The translations under genes were made by a program, and so were the position numbers. From NCBI GenBank assembly GCA_934373635.1, contig CAKROZ010000003.1, positions 76,058-140,057 of the forward strand: 64,000 nucleotides of DNA. Reading direction: 5' to 3'. The stretch's first letter is position 1. Each line of letters begins with the position of its first letter. The DNA comes from an uncultured Eubacteriales bacterium (GTDB lineage: Bacteria > Bacillota > Clostridia > Oscillospirales > CAG-272). The notes below the pieces were generated by a model, which was not told the origin of the DNA, searched no databases, and saw nothing but the letters and a program-made list of their open reading frames with translations. Of this stretch, positions 58,413 to 64,000 are shown in pieces.

Positions 58413-58495
58413 GCGGGCGTGGCGGAATTGGCAGACGCGCCGGACTTAGGATCCGGTGGGCAACCATGCAGGTTCGACCCCTGTCGCCCGCACCA
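58413..58495 (+). tRNA. tRNA-Leu (anticodon TAG), CCA encoded
   Basis: It has a 7-bp acceptor stem (GCGGGCG/CGCCCGC), an anticodon arm CCGGA-cuUAGga-TCCGG, a long variable arm and a GGTTCGA T-loop. Confidence 0.9.
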
Positions 58496-58500
58496 AAAAA

Positions 58501-58522
58501 GCACCCGGCGGGTGCTTTTTTT
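58501..58522 (+). terminator. intrinsic terminator after tRNA-Leu
   Basis: Hairpin GCACCC-ggc-GGGTGC followed by T7. Confidence 0.7.
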
Positions 58523-58660
58523 CGAAGGCGCCGATATTCGCCCCCGTGTCCCGCTGTCAGAGATATGACAAAACGGGTACGCGGGTTTTGCGGCGCTCCC
58601 GACAACGAAAACGGGCTGCCGCACGAATCGCACACCAAGCGTAAATTTGAATCCATATAC

Positions 58661-58700
58661 AAAAATGACCGAGAAATCAAGATGATTCTCGGTCATTTTT
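58661..58700. terminator. bidirectional terminator-like hairpin
   Basis: Hairpin TGACCGAGAA-10 nt-TTCTCGGTCA flanked by A5 and T5. Confidence 0.5.
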
Positions 58701-58723
58701 CGTTTGTATATAGAAAAAATACT

Positions 58724-58798
58724 GAATGCGACAGCCTCTTTTATTGCCGAATGCGGCCGCCTCTTTTATTACCGAATGTGTCAGCTTCTTTTGTTATA
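58724..58798. repeat. 3 x 25-bp tandem repeat (GAATGCGACAGCCTCTTTTATTGCC and variants)
   Basis: Units start at 58724, 58749 and 58774. Identity decays toward the third unit. The first unit carries the dispersed 17-nt motif. Confidence 0.75.
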
Positions 58799-58887
58799 GG
58801 GAACCGGTGATGTCGAAACATCCGCGGGCGCGAAAAACGCATTTTATTTCCATTTACTTTCTTACTTCAATTTGTTTCGGAAGCGTA

Positions 58888-60057
58888 CTACTCTGCGAAA
58901 TAGTTCCGAATGTCCTCTTCGCTTTTGCGGAAGGTTCCCATGACCATGTTTCCCCTGCCGCCGCCCTTGCCTTCGAGGGCGGCGTTGATCTCTCGCACCG
59001 TCTGCGAGAGATCCCCCCCGCGCACGGCGATCAGATAGGAAAAACCGTCCTTCGTCGGGGAGAGCGCCACGATCTTGCCGTCGACCCGCCCCATCGCGGT
59101 GTTGGCAAAGGCGCGAAGCTCGTCATAGCTCGCGTCGGGAAAGACGCGGACGAGGTTGCCCTCGGTCCTCGGAAGCTCTTCGCCTTCCTTTTTCATCTGA
59201 CCGAGCCGCAGCTCCCGATAGGAACGGGTAAGGGCGGCGGTATCGGCAAGAAGCTTTTCCGTCGCGGTAACGAGCTCGGTCTGCTTTTCCGACAGGAGGG
59301 CGGACAGTGCCGCCGTCGTGCGATAGCGCATACGGTAATCGGCGAGTGCGCGAAGTCCCGCCTTCATATGCAGACGGACTCCGCCCTTGTATTTTTCGGC
59401 GTCCAGAATTTTGATGCACCCGATCTCCCCCGTGCGGGCGACATGGGGCGCACAGCAGGCGCAAACATCCACGCCCTCAATCGTCACGATGCGGACGTTC
59501 TCGGTCAGGGCGAGCTTCGACCGATAGTTCAGCTCACGGAGCACCGCCTCGGGGGGATATTCCGCAGTGACGCGAAGGTTTTTCATGACCGCCTCGTTTG
59601 CCAAGGTCTCGATACGGTCGAGCTCCTCTCTCGTCGGCACGCCGTCAAAGTCGAGCGTCGTATCCTCTGCTCCGAGATGAAAACCGACATTGTGATAGCC
59701 GAAATGCGAGAAGAAAAGTCCCGAGAGGATATGCTCCGCGGTATGCTGCTTCATCTTGTCGTAGCGTTCCGCGAAATCGAGTCTTCCGACGGCGCGGGCG
59801 CCGACAGGAAGGGGTGCGTCGGTGATATGGAAGATCTCCCCGTCGGCAAGGCGCGCGCCGAGGACTCTCACTCCGTCGAGCGTCCCGGTATCCGCGCTCT
59901 GTCCTCCCTCTTCAGGGAAGAAGGCGGTGCGGTCGAGAAGGATCTCGTAGCGGTCGCCTTTCTCTGTCGCGCCGCGCACGGTCGCTTCAAATTCCGAAAG
60001 ATATGCATCGAAATCGTAAAGTTTTGTTGTCATATCTCCCCCTTTTCGATCAGACAA
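58888..60057 (-). CDS. alaX: alanyl-tRNA editing protein (AlaX-L type: editing domain plus DHHA1-like C-terminus)
   Basis: 389 aa. It has the HxxxH motif (HTAEHIL) and CxxxH (CCAPHV) of the AlaRS/ThrRS second additional domain. Confidence 0.8.
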   Translation of the reverse strand: MSDRKGGDMTTKLYDFDAYLSEFEATVRGATEKGDRYEILLDRTAFFPEEGGQSADTGTLDGVRVLGARLADGEIFHITDAPLPVGARAVGRLDFAERYDKMKQHTAEHILSGLFFSHFGYHNVGFHLGAEDTTLDFDGVPTREELDRIETLANEAVMKNLRVTAEYPPEAVLRELNYRSKLALTENVRIVTIEGVDVCACCAPHVARTGEIGCIKILDAEKYKGGVRLHMKAGLRALADYRMRYRTTAALSALLSEKQTELVTATEKLLADTAALTRSYRELRLGQMKKEGEELPRTEGNLVRVFPDASYDELRAFANTAMGRVDGKIVALSPTKDGFSYLIAVRGGDLSQTVREINAALEGKGGGRGNMVMGTFRKSEEDIRNYFAE

Positions 60058-61270
60058 TTTGGAAAATGTAGAATTTTAAGTAATAGGTCTCGGGGACGTT
60101 CCATAGGATCGGATGGTCGGGGCTCTGCGTGCGTGCTTCGATCTGTTTTAAGGTAACGCCCGCCTCCTCCGCGGCGTTGTGGAGCATCTGCCGAAAATAG
60201 GTTTCGGTCATAAAGTGGGAGCAGGAACAGGTGGCAAGGTAGCCGCCACGCGGCAGAAGACGCATCGCCTTCATGTTGATCTCCTTATATCCGCGGATCG
60301 CGTTCTTGATGGTATCGCGACTTTTGGTAAAGGCGGGCGGGTCGAGGATGATCAGGTCGAAGTCCCGCCGCTTTTCGGCAAGGCACGCATCGAGATAATC
60401 AAAGACGTCGGCGCGCAGATAGGTGATCTTTTCTTCGAGCCCGTTCTTTTTCGCATTCTCTTTCGCGACCGCGAGAGCGTCGGCGGAGACGTCCACACTG
60501 ACGACCGAGGCGGCGCCTCCCTTCGCGGCATTGAGCCCGAAGGAGCCGGTGTGGGTGAAGGCGTCGAGGACGTGCCTCCCCTTCGCGAGACGGGCGACGG
60601 CAAGGCGATTGTATTTCTGATCGAGGAAGAATCCCGTCTTCTGCCCTTCGGCATAGTCGACGGTATAGACGATGCCGTTCTCGGTAATCTCGGTCTTCCC
60701 GCTCTCCGTGTCGGACAGTCCCTCGGCGTGATAAAAGCCCTCGTATTTTTCAAGTCCCTCGAGCGTGCGGATCTCGCTCCCGTTCCGCTCATAGATCGCG
60801 CGGATCGTCTCCCCGCCCTCGCGGAGGATCTTCACAAGAAGGGAGAAAAGCATCTCCTTTCTTCGATCGATGCCGAGGCAAAGCGTCTCGGTGACGAGAA
60901 TGTCCCCAAAGCGGTCGACCGTCAGCCCGGGAAAGTAATCCGCCTCCCCGAAAATCAGCCGACAGGCGGAGAAATCCTCCCCCATCACCGTGCGCCGATA
61001 GTCGACCGCATGGCGAAGACGCCGCTCGAAAAACGCCTCGTCGAAGGTATCGTTCGCATTTTTCGATATGACGCGGACGCGGATCTTCGAACGGTCGTTC
61101 ACAAAGCCCGTGCCGAGATATTTTCCCTTTGTTCCGAAAACGTTTACGAGATCCCCGTTCTCATAGGGGCGGTCACACGCCGTCACTTCTTCTCCGTACA
61201 CCCACGGATGTCCGCCGCGAAGCGCGGTCTCCGCCTTCGGCGTTACGGTCAGTTTCGCAAAATCCATCAT
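60050..61270 (-). CDS. class I SAM-dependent rRNA m5C methyltransferase (RlmI-like, PUA domain)
   Basis: N-terminal region LRGGHPWVY, SAM motif LDAFTHTGSFG, and DPPAF. Confidence 0.8.
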   Translation of the reverse strand: MMDFAKLTVTPKAETALRGGHPWVYGEEVTACDRPYENGDLVNVFGTKGKYLGTGFVNDRSKIRVRVISKNANDTFDEAFFERRLRHAVDYRRTVMGEDFSACRLIFGEADYFPGLTVDRFGDILVTETLCLGIDRRKEMLFSLLVKILREGGETIRAIYERNGSEIRTLEGLEKYEGFYHAEGLSDTESGKTEITENGIVYTVDYAEGQKTGFFLDQKYNRLAVARLAKGRHVLDAFTHTGSFGLNAAKGGAASVVSVDVSADALAVAKENAKKNGLEEKITYLRADVFDYLDACLAEKRRDFDLIILDPPAFTKSRDTIKNAIRGYKEINMKAMRLLPRGGYLATCSCSHFMTETYFRQMLHNAAEEAGVTLKQIEARTQSPDHPILWNVPETYYLKFYIFQIV

Positions 61271-61272
61271 AA

Positions 61273-61962
61273 TCAAATGTCTCCTTCTGCAAGGCAAAAT
61301 ACATGCGGAGTCAACCGCTCCGAAAACAGGCTCCACGGATATTCCTCCGTGCGGGGCAGATCGAAAAGATCCACCGTGCGCCCGTCATACGAAAAGGAAA
61401 GGTGCGCGGCGTACAGGGCGACGGGGCAATTGTCGCGGCTCCCGTACTTTTTATCCCCCGCAAGCGGCATTCCGCGGGAGGAAAACTGAACGCGGATCTG
61501 ATGATGTCTTCCCGTCAGAAGACGGACTGCGACGAGCGCTTTCCCCTCCCCCTCGGCAAGGCGCCGATAGGTGAGCTCCGCGGGCTTCGTCCCCCGCCGT
61601 TCGGAGGAGACGGCATAACTTTTCCCCTTTGCCGCGTCCTTATAGAGATAGTCGAAAAACTTCCCCTCGGGAGCGGGAATACCGTCCGTAACGGCGAGAT
61701 ATTCCTTCGTGATCTTACGGTCGCGGACGAGCTCCGACAGGCGCTTTGCCCCGCGCGGTGTACGGGCGAGAACGACGAGCCCGCCGACCGTCCTGTCGAG
61801 GCGGTGAATGAGATACAGCCCGTCCGCCTCGCCGCGCGACCGTAAGGTCTCGGCGGCGAATGTCATGAGATCTTTATCTCCCGAGGGGTCGGGCTGTGTC
61901 GGGATGCCCGCGGGTTTGCTCACGATGAGAAAATCTTTTTCAAGCAGTAAGATGTCTGTCAC
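61273..61962 (-). CDS. RluA-family pseudouridine synthase
   Basis: 229 aa. It has the catalytic motif HRLDRTVGGLVV and the C-terminal GRHHQIRVQ. Confidence 0.85.
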   Translation of the reverse strand: MTDILLLEKDFLIVSKPAGIPTQPDPSGDKDLMTFAAETLRSRGEADGLYLIHRLDRTVGGLVVLARTPRGAKRLSELVRDRKITKEYLAVTDGIPAPEGKFFDYLYKDAAKGKSYAVSSERRGTKPAELTYRRLAEGEGKALVAVRLLTGRHHQIRVQFSSRGMPLAGDKKYGSRDNCPVALYAAHLSFSYDGRTVDLFDLPRTEEYPWSLFSERLTPHVFCLAEGDI

Positions 61963-62086
61963 GAGGGCTCCTTTCTCCCGTTCGGGTGCGTGCGGGGATA
62001 TTTTCGCAGGAAGAGCGACTTGTCCTTCCTTAAAAAATACGCAAAATCCGACCGCACGAGAGGTGCGGTCGGATGCGGCGGGAAGG

Positions 62087-62677
62087 TCAATCCGCCTTTT
62101 TCGATTGCATTTCGAGAATACGCAGGATCACGGGTGCGAGGATCAGATTGAAGCCGACCTCAAAGAGGAAGTTCGCCCCGACCAGCCCGAGAAACGCATA
62201 GGCGACCACGTTGTTCCCGTAGTCCTGCGCCGCCCACTGTCCGAGAAGATCCCAGAAGAAAAGGCGACAGCCGATGAGAAAAATCCCCGTATTGACAAGC
62301 GGGCAGACGACGGCGGAGACCGCGGCGGAAAGCGTGCGGTTGACGCGGGCAAGCGCACGATAGACGAGTCCCGTAACAAGTCCCGCGAGCGCGCCCTTGA
62401 CGAGCACCGTCACGATGGTGCCGAAGGCGTTGAAACCGTAAAAGAGAGCCGCGTCGCCCGACGCGAGAACGGCGATACCGAAGACCAAACCGAGCCAAAG
62501 TCCCGCGAGAGGTCCCGCGAGCGCCGCGCCGAGAACGATGGGTACCAGCACGACGGAGACCGTAAAGGTACCGAGACGGAAGCCCGAGAAGAAAAACTGA
62601 AGAACAAAGACCAAAGCCGTCAGAAGCGCGACATAGGTGAGCTTTTTCACCTCAAGGCTGTTTTTCGTAGATTTCAT
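62087..62677 (-). CDS. ECF transporter S (substrate-binding) component
   Basis: 196 aa with about six TM segments. The N-terminus KKLTYVALLTALVFVLQ is typical of S components. The substrate was not determined. Confidence 0.65.
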   Translation of the reverse strand: MKSTKNSLEVKKLTYVALLTALVFVLQFFFSGFRLGTFTVSVVLVPIVLGAALAGPLAGLWLGLVFGIAVLASGDAALFYGFNAFGTIVTVLVKGALAGLVTGLVYRALARVNRTLSAAVSAVVCPLVNTGIFLIGCRLFFWDLLGQWAAQDYGNNVVAYAFLGLVGANFLFEVGFNLILAPVILRILEMQSKKAD

Positions 62678-62706
62678 GTGACACTTCCTTCATTTTTACT
62701 GGAATC

Positions 62707-62735
62707 ATTATACCATAGCTTTCCCCTTTTTGCAA
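62707..62735 (-). promoter_or_regulatory. sigma-A type promoter of the ECF S-component gene
   Basis: Minus strand: TTGCAA, 17-nt spacer, TATAAT. The implied leader is only about 25 nt, so there is no room for a riboswitch. Confidence 0.55.
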
Positions 62736-62843
62736 TACCCTTTCCCGAAGTTCGGCAAAAGGCACAAGAAGCCGAATTTTCCCATACGGGCTGCCGTGCA
62801 TTTCGTGTCATTTTGCCCCGAGGCTCCGCGGAGGGGCGGAAGG

Positions 62844-64000
62844 TCACTTTCTTTCCTTTTTCGGTACGGTGCGGGCGCGGACGGCTTCGCCTCCCGTCAG
62901 GGCAATCATTTTCACCGCCTGCAGGCTGAAATCGTCGGCATATACCGTGAGCGGTTTATCGATGACGCCGCGGGCAAGAATTTTCAGGTACCCCGTATCG
63001 TAGGGAATCAGGGTCTTTTCCTTCAAAAGATTGATGTCCACGCGCTCACCGCCACCGAAATTGCGGCTGAGCGTATCGACGTTGACGACGCCGCGGCGAT
63101 TCCCGAGGGTCGGGATCGTCACCTCCTCGGAGGTCAAAAGCTCCCGCGCGAGGGCGTCGGTGATCAGGGCGTCCGCCGTCTCCGCGCACACCGCTTCCCC
63201 GACAGGCTCCTGCTTTGCGGGGTCTTCCCCCGCGTCCCGATTTTCAAGCTCTTCCTCCGGTTCTTGGTTTGAAAGGTCTTCCTCCGACTCCTCCGTCGAA
63301 GCGGAGGGCGGCGAAGGCAGATCTTCTTCCACGGAGGGCGTCGGGTCTTCTTCCCCGTCGGGGGCCTCTTCGATCGGTTCCTCCGAAAGCGCGGTCGCTT
63401 CGCCGGCGTTTTCGTTTGTCGTCTCCGTTTTCGGAGATGTCTCGGTCTTCGGTGGTGCGGCGGATATGTGCTCGGAGGCGAGGACGGCGAGGCGCTCCGC
63501 TTCTCTTGCGCGTCGGGCACGGCGCTCCTCACGGGATAGGAGAATTCGACAACGGATCTGCTCCCGCTTGGCATAGAGGAACAGAAGAAGCAGGAGAATC
63601 AGCAAGCCGAGAAGGACAAAGAAGAAGACGGTGCGGATCTTCGCGGGCGAGAGCTTTGCCGTGCGCAGGATGTTTCCGCCGGAAAACTCCACGGTATAAT
63701 CGGGATTGTCGACGGTCAGAACGAACACATCGTCCTGCGCGTGAAGGCGCAGGAGAGGATCCTCCCCCGCGAGAATCTCACCCGAAACGAGGGTGACGAA
63801 CGGAAGCGCGGGCGCCTCCCCGCGGTAGAGCGTCACGTCGGACAGCTCATATACAAGCCTGCGCGGGAGAACGACGAAGGTCGTGTTGCATACGGCGCCG
63901 TCCTCCGACGCGTTGCCCTCAAAGGTATAGTTTGCGGGGTCGGTCAGGCGGAGGGTCACCGTATACGTCCCTGCGTGCGTGCCGCTCTCGGTAAAAACGA
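62844..64000 (-). CDS. single-pass membrane protein with Ig-like N-terminal region, acidic linker and C-terminal ribosomal uL15-like domain (5' end outside window)
   Basis: The frame stays open to the window end (...GTYTVTLRLTDP...). The TM segment is IRTVFFFVLLGLLILLLLLFLY, followed by an Arg/Lys cluster. The C-terminus VVNVDTL....LKILARGVIDKPLTVYADDFSLQAVKMIALTGGEAV parallels the bacterial L15 C-terminus (VKILGNGEL.K.LTVKA.KFS.SA.EAIEAAGG). Confidence 0.6.
   Translation of the reverse strand, partial: VFTESGTHAGTYTVTLRLTDPANYTFEGNASEDGAVCNTTFVVLPRRLVYELSDVTLYRGEAPALPFVTLVSGEILAGEDPLLRLHAQDDVFVLTVDNPDYTVEFSGGNILRTAKLSPAKIRTVFFFVLLGLLILLLLLFLYAKREQIRCRILLSREERRARRAREAERLAVLASEHISAAPPKTETSPKTETTNENAGEATALSEEPIEEAPDGEEDPTPSVEEDLPSPPSASTEESEEDLSNQEPEEELENRDAGEDPAKQEPVGEAVCAETADALITDALARELLTSEEVTIPTLGNRRGVVNVDTLSRNFGGGERVDINLLKEKTLIPYDTGYLKILARGVIDKPLTVYADDFSLQAVKMIALTGGEAVRARTVPKKERK

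Noticed and set aside
62678-62843. A riboswitch upstream of the ECF S-component gene.
   Set aside because: The consensus promoter leaves only about 25 nt of leader, so no aptamer-sized structure is possible.

Overview
This 64-kb window is a chromosomal segment from a GC-rich, endospore-forming Clostridia-type Firmicute. Coding regions run about 55-65% GC. The lineage call rests on spoIIR, whiA and a Bacillus-like nusB-xseA-xseB-tlyA-nadK-argR-recN gene order.

Most of the window is core housekeeping:
- Nucleotide metabolism: pyrG (3' part), purB, purA, guaA.
- Translation and RNA modification: ychF, prfA, a Sua5/TsaC gene, smpB, tyrS behind a Tyr T-box, tRNA-Leu(TAG), AlaX, RlmI-like and RluA-like enzymes, TmcAL.
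- DNA metabolism: dnaE, recN, xseAB, a ParC/GyrA-type subunit A, ComEC.
- Central and nitrogen metabolism: ackA, asnB, type III glutamine synthetase, coaE, nadK.

There are two non-core zones:
1. An accessory stretch at about 4.9-10.7 kb. It holds an XRE repressor with a multi-pass membrane protein, alpha/beta-hydrolase genes and fragments, two GNAT acetyltransferases and a TetR regulator.
2. A sharply low-GC islet of about 4.4 kb (about 16.93-21.37 kb, roughly one third GC). It carries a translationally coupled Type III-like mod-res pair and sits between the terminators of two convergent core genes.

Noncoding structure not explained by the genes:
- An 8-unit 24-bp tandem array (15703-15892).
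- A 3 x 25-bp array downstream of tRNA-Leu.
- A 17-nt motif, ATGCGACAGCCYCTTTT, present three times. Two copies form a perfect inverted pair 24 kb apart.
- A phased operator-like array in the XRE leader.
- Two tandem terminator hairpins in the glutamine synthetase leader.
- Ten textbook TTGACA-17-TATAAT-type promoters.

I recognised no CRISPR array, transposase, integrase, rRNA or tmRNA. I cannot point to an unambiguous multi-gene novel system. The candidates most worth follow-up are the RM islet, the iteron-like array beside an orphan response regulator, the XRE/membrane-protein module, and a membrane protein with a C-terminal ribosomal uL15-like domain.

All family assignments come from motif recognition by eye. 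No database search was possible.
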